Source: an uncultured Eggerthellaceae bacterium
GTDB taxonomy: Bacteria > Actinomycetota > Coriobacteriia > Coriobacteriales > Eggerthellaceae
DNA length: 64,000 nt
Direction of reading: 5' to 3'
NCBI GenBank assembly: GCA_964518575.1
Contig: CAZFGW010000002.1
Coordinates: forward strand, 61,974 to 125,973
Of this stretch, positions 27,154 through 36,885 are shown piece after piece. The notes beneath the pieces were generated by a model, which worked only from the letters and a program-made list of their open reading frames with translations, ran no database searches and was not told the DNA's origin. Made by a program: the position numbers and the translations under genes. Every line of letters begins with the position of its first letter. The first letter of the stretch is position 1.

Positions 27154-28161
27154 GTGTCGGGCAGTGAACTGAAAGAAACGAAAAGCATCGGTATCCCCCG
27201 AGCGCTTCTATATTACATGTATGGGGTGCTGTGGAAGGAATTCTTTCATGAGCTCGGATTCGACGTGGTCGTAAGTCCGAAAACCGATCAGGCGATCTTT
27301 GATGCCGGTGAGGCACGGTCGGTGGACGAATGCTGTCTCGCTTCGAAGATCTTCCTCGGTCACGTCGATTGGCTCGTTGGCCGGTGCGACACGATCTTCA
27401 TCCCGGGATATGCCAGCTGCGATGCGCGTGCGGGCTTCTGCACGAAATACCAATCGCTGTTCGATCTGGCGCGCAACACCTTTCGAAACGAGGATGTCCA
27501 TTTCTGCTCGATGCTCATCGAGCATGCGACGAAGAAGAATAAAGCACGCGCAGCCTATATCGACCTTGCCGAGCGGCTCGGTGTGAGCGCCCGCAAGGCG
27601 GTACGCGCCATGAAACGAGCGGAAAAGCGCTACCTCGAGTTCAACGCGAAAAAGGCGAAGACGCAAGCCGAGTCGTTCAAGCTGCTCGAAAAGTACCGCA
27701 AGGTGCTCAAATACGATACGAGTGGCTCAGAGGCTGTGCCCTTCGCCATCCTTGTGGTCGCGCATCCCTATATCGGTCATGACGAATTCATCTCCGGTGA
27801 TGTCATCCGTGCCATCCAGGACAACGGAGGGGTTGTGATCTTCGCCGACGAAAGCGACGCCGCCCAATCATACAAGCGCTCGTTCGCCTTCTCCGAAACG
27901 CTGCCCTGGCTCATCAACCGGGAGCTTGTCGGATCGCTGCTCATGAACCATGAGCGCATCGATGGAGTGGTTATCATCTCTGCATTTCCATGCGGACCGG
28001 ATTCAATGTTCTCCGAAGCGCTTCTGCGCAACATCAAGGGAACGCCGATGCTCAATCTCCTCATCGATGGCATGAGCGGCAGTGCGGGCATGCAAACCCG
28101 CGTTGAGAGTTTCATGGATATCCTTCGCTACCACGGGAAAGGGGGATATCTGCATGGCTGA
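27154..28161 (+). CDS. Acyl-CoA dehydratase activase-related protein (DUF2229-like, first half)
   Basis: The GTG at 27154 follows GAGGAGGGGG. Conserved-looking Cys contexts ECCLASK, FCTKY and FPCGPDS are present. Confidence 0.65.
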   Translation: MSGSELKETKSIGIPRALLYYMYGVLWKEFFHELGFDVVVSPKTDQAIFDAGEARSVDECCLASKIFLGHVDWLVGRCDTIFIPGYASCDARAGFCTKYQSLFDLARNTFRNEDVHFCSMLIEHATKKNKARAAYIDLAERLGVSARKAVRAMKRAEKRYLEFNAKKAKTQAESFKLLEKYRKVLKYDTSGSEAVPFAILVVAHPYIGHDEFISGDVIRAIQDNGGVVIFADESDAAQSYKRSFAFSETLPWLINRELVGSLLMNHERIDGVVIISAFPCGPDSMFSEALLRNIKGTPMLNLLIDGMSGSAGMQTRVESFMDILRYHGKGGYLHG

Positions 28162-29371
28162 TCGAACGAAAACTGACCTTAATCCTGCGATATTTCCGAT
28201 GCCGGATGAAACGCACACGAAAGTGGTGCATGATGCACACACGCCCAAGGGGGTCATCCCTTTTCCGCGCCCACTGAAGAAACTCAAGCGTGACCGGCAC
28301 AAATCAACGAAGGTGGCGGTCTTTCGGTACGCCTATTATGATCCCGCGTTCAAGTTCTTCGTCGAGCAGGTTCTGGATTGCGAATACGTGACGCTTCCCA
28401 AACCGACCAAGCGGACGATGGAGCTTGGCATCCGCAACTCCGCCGATGATGTATGCACGCCGTTCAAGCATATGATGGGAGACTGGATTGAGGCGCTCGA
28501 GCTGGGAGCTGACATCCTTGTGCAGGTGGGCGGACCATGCCGGCTCGGCTATTATGGCGAAATGCAGGAAGCCATCCTCAAAGACCTGGGGTACGACTTT
28601 ATCATGCTCAATTTCTCGCATGGGATCGAGCAGGGATACTTCGGCTGGGGCAAAGAGGTCATCAAGCTCGTGAATCCCGATATCGACATCCCTAAAGGCA
28701 TCAAACAGCTGCTCGCCTGCGGTTTCATGTTGGAAAAGCTTGACGAGGCGCGCGATTTTTATATGGCGAATGGCGGTTTCCAAGCCGAGGCAGGAGCCTA
28801 TCAGCGCACGTGGAGTGCGTTTTCCGACGCGCTGCGGGCGTCGACGTCAAAAAAGGAGATCGAGGATGCCTTCGGAACCTTTATGGACGCTTTCCGCGCC
28901 ATCCCCATCGACAAGCCGTCCTCGCCGCTGCGCATCGGGATCGTCGGCGAACTCTATACCGCGATCGATGAGAACTCCAATTTGGGGCTTGATGAGAAGC
29001 TCATGAACATGGGGGTTGAGGTGCATCGCATGCTCAACTTCTCCAACCGCTATACCCGCTACAACGAGCCCAATCTGCGGCGCGGGGTCAGTGAATACGT
29101 GACCTACGATATGGGACCGACCTCAACGCTCACGATAGCGGCGGCGAAGAAGTATGCCGAGCTTGGTTTCGACGGGATCATCCACGCGAAATGCGCGGGT
29201 TGTACGCCTGAGATCGATTGCATTCCCGTTTTGCGGCGGGTGAGCGAGGACTACAAGATCCCCATCCTTTATCTGACCTACGATACCGAAACGAGCGATA
29301 CCGGTCTCATGACGAGGCTTGAGGCTTTCTATGACATGTTGGATATGCAGCACAAAAGAGGTGAGCGATAG
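28154..29371 (+). CDS. 2-hydroxyacyl-CoA dehydratase-like / DUF2229-like protein (second half)
   Basis: The ATG at 28154 follows AAAGGGGGA and overlaps the upstream stop (ATGGCTGA). Cys contexts DVCTPFK, GGPCRLG and KCAGCTPE are present. Confidence 0.65.
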   Translation: MADRTKTDLNPAIFPMPDETHTKVVHDAHTPKGVIPFPRPLKKLKRDRHKSTKVAVFRYAYYDPAFKFFVEQVLDCEYVTLPKPTKRTMELGIRNSADDVCTPFKHMMGDWIEALELGADILVQVGGPCRLGYYGEMQEAILKDLGYDFIMLNFSHGIEQGYFGWGKEVIKLVNPDIDIPKGIKQLLACGFMLEKLDEARDFYMANGGFQAEAGAYQRTWSAFSDALRASTSKKEIEDAFGTFMDAFRAIPIDKPSSPLRIGIVGELYTAIDENSNLGLDEKLMNMGVEVHRMLNFSNRYTRYNEPNLRRGVSEYVTYDMGPTSTLTIAAAKKYAELGFDGIIHAKCAGCTPEIDCIPVLRRVSEDYKIPILYLTYDTETSDTGLMTRLEAFYDMLDMQHKRGER

Positions 29372-30358
29372 ATGTCTGCGACAGATGCCTATATGGGAAT
29401 TGATATCGGTTCCATTTCGACCAAGGGCGTGGTGATCGATCCCGCGGGAAATATGATCGCGCGATCCTATCTGTGGACAGAGGGGAATCCGGCACATGCT
29501 GCCAAGCGCGTCACGGCAGAGCTTGCCGCCCAGCTTGCGGATGATGTGCGCGTGCGGGGCGTGGGCACAACGGGCTCGGCACGGCGGCTCGTGGGTGCGA
29601 TGATGGGAGCGAGCGTTATCAAAAACGAGATCACTGCCCATGCGGTCGGCACAACATATCTCCATCCCGACGTGCGCACCATCCTTGAGATCGGCGGTCA
29701 GGACTCCAAGATCATCTGCGTCGATGGTGGCATTGCAACCGACTACGCGATGAACACCCTCTGCGCTGCGGGGACGGGGTCGTTTCTCTCAAGTCAGGCG
29801 GCGCGCCTTGGCGTTGCGGTGGAGGAGTTCGGCTCGATCGCGCTGACCTCGAAAAGGCCTGCCAATATAGCCGCACGCTGCACCGTTTTCGCGGAATCCG
29901 ACCTGGTGCACAAGATACAGGTCGGCTATGCGCGCGAGGACATCATCGCGGGGCTGTGCCATGCGGTCGCTTCGAACTACATCAACAACGTCGGCAAGGG
30001 CAAGAAGATCATTGCCCCGGTGGTTTTTCAAGGCGGCGTGTCGAAGAACATCGGCGTTGTGGCGGCGTTCAAGGAGATTCTCGGCATGGATGTGCTGGTC
30101 GATCCCGACGGTCATCTCATGGGTGCATTCGGCGTTGCGCTGTTGGCGAAGGACGCGGGTCCGATCAAGGCAGGAGAGCCAGGACCGTTTGAAAGCGGCG
30201 CCTTCGATTTCGACGTCGTCGATACCTTCGAATTCGTAACCCGCGAGGTTGAGTGCGGCAAATGTGCGAATCATTGCGAGATCATCTGCGTGATGCGTGA
30301 CAAAGAGCTGATAGATTCGTGGGGTAACCGTTGTGAGCGCGGTCAGATGATCAAATAA
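29372..30358 (+). CDS. BcrA/HgdC-type ATPase (CoA-enzyme activase) with a Cys-rich C-terminal extension
   Basis: ASKHA motif MGIDIGSISTKGVVID. Cluster-bridging Cys contexts NTLCAAGTGSF and ARCTVFAESD. C-terminal ECGKCANHCEIICV...NRCERG. Confidence 0.8.
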   Translation: MSATDAYMGIDIGSISTKGVVIDPAGNMIARSYLWTEGNPAHAAKRVTAELAAQLADDVRVRGVGTTGSARRLVGAMMGASVIKNEITAHAVGTTYLHPDVRTILEIGGQDSKIICVDGGIATDYAMNTLCAAGTGSFLSSQAARLGVAVEEFGSIALTSKRPANIAARCTVFAESDLVHKIQVGYAREDIIAGLCHAVASNYINNVGKGKKIIAPVVFQGGVSKNIGVVAAFKEILGMDVLVDPDGHLMGAFGVALLAKDAGPIKAGEPGPFESGAFDFDVVDTFEFVTREVECGKCANHCEIICVMRDKELIDSWGNRCERGQMIK

Positions 30359-30443
30359 TGGTATACTCGATTTCGCTTTATTACAGTAGAGTAGAAAAGT
30401 GGCTGCGCCTGACATCGGCGTTGCTCAAATGGGAGGGAAACGA

Positions 30444-31307
30444 ATGAAGAAAACGTTTGTAAAGGTCGTTGCGTTCGCTGCAACGGCGGCACTTGCACTC
30501 GGTCTGCTCGCTGGCTGTGCGAGCGGTGGCTCGTCAAGCAGTGCGGCATCGTCGAGCGCAAGCTCGAGTGCTCAGGCGCAGGCTGATACCTCAGCGGACA
30601 TCGAGGCGCTCATCGTCGGATTCGACAACAGCTATCCGCCGTATGGCTACATCGGTGCAGACGGCGAATATACTGGCTTCGATCTTGACCTTGCGGCAGA
30701 GGTCGCGGCGCGCAACAACTGGGATCTCCAGCTTGAAGCGATCGACTGGGATGCAAAGGATGCTCTGCTCGGTCAGGGAACCGTGAATTGCATTTGGAAC
30801 GGATTCACCATGGAGGGACGCGAGGATGGCTATACGTTCTCAGAGCCCTACATGCTCAACCAGCAGGTCATTGTCACCAAGGCTGATTCCGGCATCAACT
30901 CTGAGGCTGATCTTGCTGGCAAGGCAGTGATCACCCAGATCGATTCCGCAGCGCTTGAGGTGCTCGAGGGCGACAAGCAGGATCTGACTTCCACCTTCCG
31001 CCTGCTCGATACGATCAGTGACTACAACAATGCGTTCATGCAGCTCGAAGCAGGCACCGTCGATGCCGTTGCGTGCGACCTGTCCATCGCGGCATATCAG
31101 ATGGCAGCGAAGCCGGGCGTATATGTCCAGCTTCCCGAGCCGCTGAGCTCTGAGCACTATGCAGTCGGTTTCGCAAAGGGTTCTGACGCGCTTGCTCAGG
31201 TCGTGAGCGATACCCTGAAGCAGATGTATCAGGATGGCACGATCGAAACGCTTTGCCAGAAGTACGCTGATCAGGGTCTTGATTTCAACAACTGGATCCT
31301 GAAATAA
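30444..31307 (+). CDS. Amino-acid ABC transporter substrate-binding lipoprotein
   Basis: The ATG at 30444 follows GGGAGGG. Lipobox LLAGCAS. Family-3 SBP pattern with a Ser-rich linker. Confidence 0.85.
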   Translation: MKKTFVKVVAFAATAALALGLLAGCASGGSSSSAASSSASSSAQAQADTSADIEALIVGFDNSYPPYGYIGADGEYTGFDLDLAAEVAARNNWDLQLEAIDWDAKDALLGQGTVNCIWNGFTMEGREDGYTFSEPYMLNQQVIVTKADSGINSEADLAGKAVITQIDSAALEVLEGDKQDLTSTFRLLDTISDYNNAFMQLEAGTVDAVACDLSIAAYQMAAKPGVYVQLPEPLSSEHYAVGFAKGSDALAQVVSDTLKQMYQDGTIETLCQKYADQGLDFNNWILK

Positions 31308-31326
31308 CAACGAAGATTTGTGCATG

Positions 31327-31354
31327 CAAGGGCTGCTTTCACGAGCAGCCCTTG
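31327..31354 (+). other. Intercistronic 10-bp hairpin between the SBP and permease genes
   Basis: CAAGGGCTGC-N8-GCAGCCCTTG with no T tract. A position after an SBP gene is typical of mRNA-stabilising or partial-termination elements. Confidence 0.5.
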
Positions 31355-31387
31355 TGCATGGATAACACTTGATCAGGAGATGACTAC

Positions 31388-32041
31388 GTGGAATTCTCGA
31401 TAATGCTCGGGCTTTTAGGAGAAGGTCTCATGCTCACGGTGCAGATCTTCTTCGTGACGCTCATAGGAGCGCTGCCCCTTGGCGTTTTCGTTGCGCTTGC
31501 GCGCATGAGTCGATTCAAGGTCATCTCTGCTATCGCGCGGTTCTACATCTCCATTCTGCGCGGAACGCCCTTGATGCTTCAGCTCATGGCTATCATGTTC
31601 GGTCCGTATTACCTTTTCGGTTTCCAGATGGGCTCCGACTGGAAATATTGGGCATGCGATATCGGCTTCATCTTGAATTACGCGGCGTACTTCGGCGAAA
31701 TCTACCGTTCGGGCATTCAGTCGATCCCGCAGGGGCAGTACGAAGCGGCAGCGGTGTTGGGCTATACCCGTGCGCAGACATTCATGAAGATCATTCTTCC
31801 CCAGGTGATGAAGCGCATCATGCCCGCGATGGGCAATGAGATCATCACGCTGGTGAAAGACACGTCGCTCGCATTTGTGCTGGGCATCGGTGAGATGTTC
31901 TCTCAGGCACGAGCGCTTGCGGCACGCGAGGTGAGCATGATTCCCTATGCGCTTGCGGCGTTGATCTACTGGGGCTTCTGCCTCATCATCGAGTTCATAT
32001 TGAATCGCGTTGAGAAGAAGATGGATTTCTACCATGACTGA
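31388..32041 (+). CDS. Amino-acid ABC transporter permease
   Basis: 217-aa ORF with a GTG start after AGGAGA. EAA-loop EAAAVLGYTRAQTFMKIILPQ. Confidence 0.88.
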   Translation: MEFSIMLGLLGEGLMLTVQIFFVTLIGALPLGVFVALARMSRFKVISAIARFYISILRGTPLMLQLMAIMFGPYYLFGFQMGSDWKYWACDIGFILNYAAYFGEIYRSGIQSIPQGQYEAAAVLGYTRAQTFMKIILPQVMKRIMPAMGNEIITLVKDTSLAFVLGIGEMFSQARALAAREVSMIPYALAALIYWGFCLIIEFILNRVEKKMDFYHD

Positions 32042-32804
32042 TGCGGTCGTCGAACTAAATAATGCCGAGAAAAGTTTCGGCAGCAATATGGTGCTCAAGG
32101 ACATCTCGCTTACCGTGAACGAGGGCGATGTGCTTGCGATCATCGGTCCGTCAGGCGGTGGAAAGTCAACGCTCCTTCGCTGCCTTACGCTGCTTGAGAC
32201 GCTTGATAAGGGCTGTCTTCGTTATGGCGATCTCCAAGTGGTCTCTACTGACAAGGGTGGGCGCGCCGTCTATGGTGGCAAGGACGTCATCAAAGAAGCA
32301 AAGACGCGGTTCGGGCTTGTCTTTCAGGATTTCAATCTTTTTCCGCACTACACCGTTTTGAAAAACGTCTCCGATCCGCTCATCAGCGTTGAGAAGATGC
32401 CGAAGGACGAGGCTGAAAACAAGGCACGGGAGATTTTGGCGAAGATGGGGCTTTCGGACAAGTGCGCGATGGTGCCCTGCGAACTTTCCGGGGGGCAGCA
32501 GCAGCGGGTTGCTATTGCTCGGGCGCTCGCCATGAATCCAGATGTACTCTTCTTCGATGAGCCTACAAGTGCGCTCGATCCGGAGTTGACACGCGAGGTG
32601 CTCAAGGTTATTCGCGAACTTGCTGCGGAACACATGACCATGGTGATCGTGACCCATGAGATGACATTCGCGCGCGATGTGGCTGATAAGCTCATCTTCA
32701 TGGATGGAGGATGCGTAGTCGAAAGCGGTTCGGCAACGGAGGTTATCAACCATCCCCAACATGCGCGCACGCAGGCATTCCTCTCGGGCTACGAGGGCAT
32801 TTAG
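32034..32804 (+). CDS. Amino-acid ABC transporter ATP-binding protein
   Basis: The ATG at 32034 overlaps the permease stop. Walker A GPSGGGKST, signature LSGGQQQRVAIARAL, Walker B VLFFDEPTSALD. Confidence 0.92.
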   Translation: MTDAVVELNNAEKSFGSNMVLKDISLTVNEGDVLAIIGPSGGGKSTLLRCLTLLETLDKGCLRYGDLQVVSTDKGGRAVYGGKDVIKEAKTRFGLVFQDFNLFPHYTVLKNVSDPLISVEKMPKDEAENKAREILAKMGLSDKCAMVPCELSGGQQQRVAIARALAMNPDVLFFDEPTSALDPELTREVLKVIRELAAEHMTMVIVTHEMTFARDVADKLIFMDGGCVVESGSATEVINHPQHARTQAFLSGYEGI

Positions 32805-32949
32805 CCGCTTCTTTTCCTTCATCTACATCACGCGCGGTACACCATCTGGTGTATTTCTTTAATCCGATGATGACAAAAGCGCATCGTCGTGCGGTGCGTC
32901 CATTTCTGCATGGTAAAGTCTGCCCATGCACTCAGAAAGGAGTTCAAGA

Positions 32950-34566
32950 ATGGACGGACAGAACATGAATCCTTCGGGAAATCCTCAGTCCTCTTCACAG
33001 CCGATCCCACCTGATCAGGGAGGAACGTACCCCTATGCTTCTCCGTATGCTTCCTCTCCTGATGCTGGGCAAAGCTCAAGCGAGCGTCCAGCTTCCACCT
33101 ATGATTCGGTCTACGGAGTAGGCGCGCCTCGGACGTCTGCCTACCAGGGGTCAACGCAAGGGGGCGGCAGCGCGTTCGCACATGCTCCGCAATCCACCCC
33201 GCAACCGGACTATGCCACAGCGTTTCACGCAGCAACCGATCAAGCGTCTTTTGCTGGCGCGCAAGCAGCCACGCCGCCCAAGCATCAGAAGGGTGTGTCG
33301 GGCGCGAAGGTGTTCTTGCTCGCTTTCGCGGGTGCCTTGGTCGCGGCGGTGCTCGCCATCGGTGTCGGCAATGCATTTGGATTGTTCGGCAAGGGCAGTG
33401 CTGCTTCAAATATCCAGCTCGGCGCTGCGCATTCCTCTGCGATCGAAGCCGTTGAGGCGGAGCAGACCCTCGCGGAGGCAGTCGCGGATAAATGCCTTCC
33501 TTCGGTTGTGTCGATCACGGTCTACTCAACCTCTACTGGTTCGAGCAATCCGTTCTATGACTATTTCTATGGCGGAAATTCTGGTCAAAGCGGGCAGGAG
33601 CTCGAAAGCGGCTTGGGCTCGGGTGTGATCCTGACCGAAGACGGGTACATCATCACGAACAACCATGTTGTTTCGGGAGGTACGCGCTTTGAGGTCATGA
33701 TCGATGGCGAAACCTACGAGGCTGACCTTGTTGGCACGGATGCCAGCTCTGACGTTGCGGTCATCAAGGCGAAAGACGCCTCCGGGCTCAAAGCGATCGA
33801 GATCGCTGACTCCGACAACATCAAGATTGGCGAATGGGTCATGTCGATCGGCTCGCCTTTCGGACTAGAGCAGTCGGTGGCAACGGGCATCGTATCTGCG
33901 ACGAGCCGCTCCCAGATCATGGACAGTTCAAGCTCGAACATGTTCGATCAGTCATCGTCAAGTCCTGTTATCTATCCTAACTTGATCCAAACGGATGCTG
34001 CTATCAATCCGGGCAACTCCGGTGGTGCGCTCGTAAACGCTAACGGTGAGCTCATCGGGATCAATACCTTGATCACCAGCTACTCGGGCAATTACTCCGG
34101 TGTCGGATTCGCCATCCCTTCGAACTACGCGATCGGACTTGCCCAAGACATCATCGCGGGTAAAGAGCCCACCCACGCACAGCTGGGCGTATCCCTCTCA
34201 ACGGTGAACGATCAGATGGCATCGCGCTACGGATTCGCTGTGAAAAGCGGTGCATACGTCTCAAACGTGAGCCCCGGCAGCGGTGCTGAGAGCGCGGGCA
34301 TCAAAGTGGGCGACATCATCACGGGCTTCGATGGGAAGCAGGTAAGTTCGGCGTCCGACCTCATGATGGATGTGCGCACGAAGTCGCCCGGAGACAAGGT
34401 GACCGTCACGATCAATCGCGATGGACAAACCCAGGATGTCGAGGTGACACTCGGTACCGCACAGGCTGCAACGGAGGCTCCCACGCAGCAGAATAGCGGT
34501 CAGCCGAAATACGATCTGCTTGATCTGTTCGGAAATAATTCGTCAAAAGGAGATTCGCAAAGCTAA
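32950..34566 (+). CDS. htrA: HtrA/DegP-family serine protease with one PDZ domain and a disordered N-terminal region
   Basis: The ATG at 32950 follows AAAGGAG. Triad contexts TNNHVV, DVAVIK and GNSGGAL. PDZ motif AGIKVGDIITGFDG. One TM segment. Confidence 0.88.
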   Translation: MDGQNMNPSGNPQSSSQPIPPDQGGTYPYASPYASSPDAGQSSSERPASTYDSVYGVGAPRTSAYQGSTQGGGSAFAHAPQSTPQPDYATAFHAATDQASFAGAQAATPPKHQKGVSGAKVFLLAFAGALVAAVLAIGVGNAFGLFGKGSAASNIQLGAAHSSAIEAVEAEQTLAEAVADKCLPSVVSITVYSTSTGSSNPFYDYFYGGNSGQSGQELESGLGSGVILTEDGYIITNNHVVSGGTRFEVMIDGETYEADLVGTDASSDVAVIKAKDASGLKAIEIADSDNIKIGEWVMSIGSPFGLEQSVATGIVSATSRSQIMDSSSSNMFDQSSSSPVIYPNLIQTDAAINPGNSGGALVNANGELIGINTLITSYSGNYSGVGFAIPSNYAIGLAQDIIAGKEPTHAQLGVSLSTVNDQMASRYGFAVKSGAYVSNVSPGSGAESAGIKVGDIITGFDGKQVSSASDLMMDVRTKSPGDKVTVTINRDGQTQDVEVTLGTAQAATEAPTQQNSGQPKYDLLDLFGNNSSKGDSQS

Positions 34567-34701
34567 CGAAAGCGCGTACAAATAAGCGCACGCTGAAGCC
34601 CTTCCGATCTTGGTCGCACTTTTGACCCGCTACCGTCTATCTCGTCAGGTTATTCGGTTAATATATTCAGTGCGAACAATCACATATCGGAAGGGCTTTT
34701 C

Positions 34702-35430
34702 ATGTCAAAAGGCTATAAGTACGATCGCGTTTTATTGAAGCTGTCAGGCGAAGCGCTGGCAGGGGATCTGGGATATGGTATCGACCCGAAAGTCGTCGAT
34801 GATCTGGCGGATGAGATTGCCGAGATCGTGCACGACGGCATAGAGCTCGCGATCGTTGTCGGCGGCGGCAACATCTTCCGGGGTCTCTCGGGCTCTGCAG
34901 AGGGTATGGATCGGGCGCAGGCTGACTATATCGGTATGCTCGCTACGGTCATGAATGCCCTCGCGCTCCAAGATGCGTTCGAGCGACACGGAATCTTCTC
35001 GCGCGTGCAAAGCGCCATCAACATGCAAGAAGTAAGCGAGCCCTATATTCGCCGCCGGGCGATCAGGCATCTCGAAAAGGGGCGCGTGGTCATTTTGGCG
35101 GCAGGCACGGGCAATCCCTACTTCACTACCGATACGACAGCCGCTCTGCGCGCCTGTGAGCTCGACGCGAACTGCCTCATGAAGGCAACGAAGGTTGACG
35201 GCATCTATGACGCGGACCCGAAGGCGCATCCCGATGCGAAGCGGTTCGACTCGATCGCCTATATGGACGTGCTCAATCGGGGGTTGCATGTGATGGATGC
35301 AACGGCAACTTCCCTTTGCATGGACAACGATATTCCCATGATCGTGTTCGACCTTACGAAACGGGGCAATATCAAAGCGGCGCTTAAGGGCAAGAAAGTT
35401 GGAACGACCGTGTATTCTGATCAGAAGTGA
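34702..35430 (+). CDS. pyrH: UMP kinase
   Basis: 242-aa ORF with motifs [10 protein letters not shown] and [10 protein letters not shown]. Confidence 0.95.
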   Translation: MSKGYKYDRVLLKLSGEALAGDLGYGIDPKVVDDLADEIAEIVHDGIELAIVVGGGNIFRGLSGSAEGMDRAQADYIGMLATVMNALALQDAFERHGIFSRVQSAINMQEVSEPYIRRRAIRHLEKGRVVILAAGTGNPYFTTDTTAALRACELDANCLMKATKVDGIYDADPKAHPDAKRFDSIAYMDVLNRGLHVMDATATSLCMDNDIPMIVFDLTKRGNIKAALKGKKVGTTVYSDQK

Positions 35431-35471
35431 TCTCGAAGAACGAAGGTAACCTTATGGCGATGGGGGAGAAA

Positions 35472-36035
35472 ATGGCTGACGTTGAGGAAATCTTGCTATC
35501 AACTGAGGAGCGGATGGAGCGTTCGATCACCGCGCTTCATGAGAACTTCGGCAGTGTGCGAACGGGTCGCGCGAATGCGATGGTGCTCGATCGTATCATG
35601 GTCGACTACTACGGCACGCAAACGCCCATCAATCAGATGGCGGGCATCAAATCGCCCGATGCGCATCTTTTGGTCATCGAACCGTGGGATAAGTCCTCGC
35701 TGAAGAGCATTGAGCAAGCCATTCTCGAGAGCGATCTTGGCGTTACGCCGAACAGTGACGGTATGGTGATCCGCCTGCCGTTTCCGAGCCTTACCGAAGA
35801 GCGCCGGCGCGAATTAGTGAAGGTCTGCAGGAACTACGCTGAGGAGTGCAAGGTCTCTATTCGCAATGCACGGCGTTCCGCGAACGAAGCAATCGAGAAG
35901 GCTCAGAAAAACGAGGGTCTTCCCGAAGATGAGGCGCGCCGGGTTGAGGGGGAGATTCAAAAGCTCACTGATACCTATGTTGCGCAAGCTGATGAAGCTT
36001 TGAAGAAAAAAGAAGCCGAGGTCATGGAAGTGTGA
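35472..36035 (+). CDS. frr: Ribosome recycling factor
   Basis: The ATG at 35472 follows GGGGGAGAA, giving 187 aa. The Frr pattern is present: MERSITALHENFGSVRTGRAN, VIEPWD. Confidence 0.92.
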   Translation: MADVEEILLSTEERMERSITALHENFGSVRTGRANAMVLDRIMVDYYGTQTPINQMAGIKSPDAHLLVIEPWDKSSLKSIEQAILESDLGVTPNSDGMVIRLPFPSLTEERRRELVKVCRNYAEECKVSIRNARRSANEAIEKAQKNEGLPEDEARRVEGEIQKLTDTYVAQADEALKKKEAEVMEV

Positions 36036-36099
36036 TCTTTTTGCATGCCCTGCGTGTGTTCACGCATCGGCGCGCATCGTCAGGAGACGTGATACCTCT

Positions 36100-36885
36100 T
36101 TGATGAACCAAACGATCGACTACATATTCCCGCATCCGCCGGAAGGCTTGGATCCGTACGCGCTCGATACCCAAAACATCCCCCAGCACGTCGCCGTGAT
36201 CATGGATGGGAATGGGCGCTGGGCGAAAAAGCGTATGCTCAACCGGCTGAAAGGTCACAGTGCAGGTATTGAAGCTGTGCGTGAGACCATTCGTGCGGCG
36301 TCCGATCTGGGGGTTCGCTATCTGACGATCTATTCGTTCTCTACGGAGAATTGGAAGCGCCCTGCAGACGAGGTCGATGGGCTCATGGACCTGTTTGCGC
36401 GCACAATGCTCGCGGAGGTTGATGGGCTGCATGAGGAGCATGTCCGCGTGGTGACCATCGGGGACTGCTCGGCTCTTCCCGAGACCACGGCGCAGGCATT
36501 TGAAGATGCTTTAGCGAAAACGCGCGACAACACCGGTATGACACTTGTGGTCGCTCTGAACTACGGTGGCCGTGCTGAGATTCTCCGCGCCGCTCAGAGG
36601 TGCTCTGAAATCGTGCAGGCGCAGCGTGAAGAGGGTCATGATGCGCCCGTCATTGATGAGAAGCTGTTCGTCTCCGAGCTCTATACGGCAGACATCCCTG
36701 ATCCGGAGTTGATCATTCGTACCAGCGGCGAGATGCGGCTCTCGAATTTCCTCCTTTGGCAAGCAGCCTATGCCGAATTCGTGTCGAGCGAAGTGCTTTG
36801 GCCCGACTTCAATCGCTACACCTTCCTTGAGTGTCTGCTCGAATACCAGTCGCGCAGCCGCCGGTTCGGAGGGGTTGTTTCATGA
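36100..36885 (+). CDS. uppS: Undecaprenyl-diphosphate synthase (cis-prenyltransferase)
   Basis: Motifs HVAVIMDGNGRWA and IRTSGEMRLSNFLLWQAAYAEF. The start is TTG 36100 or ATG 36103. Confidence 0.93.
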   Translation: MMNQTIDYIFPHPPEGLDPYALDTQNIPQHVAVIMDGNGRWAKKRMLNRLKGHSAGIEAVRETIRAASDLGVRYLTIYSFSTENWKRPADEVDGLMDLFARTMLAEVDGLHEEHVRVVTIGDCSALPETTAQAFEDALAKTRDNTGMTLVVALNYGGRAEILRAAQRCSEIVQAQREEGHDAPVIDEKLFVSELYTADIPDPELIIRTSGEMRLSNFLLWQAAYAEFVSSEVLWPDFNRYTFLECLLEYQSRSRRFGGVVS

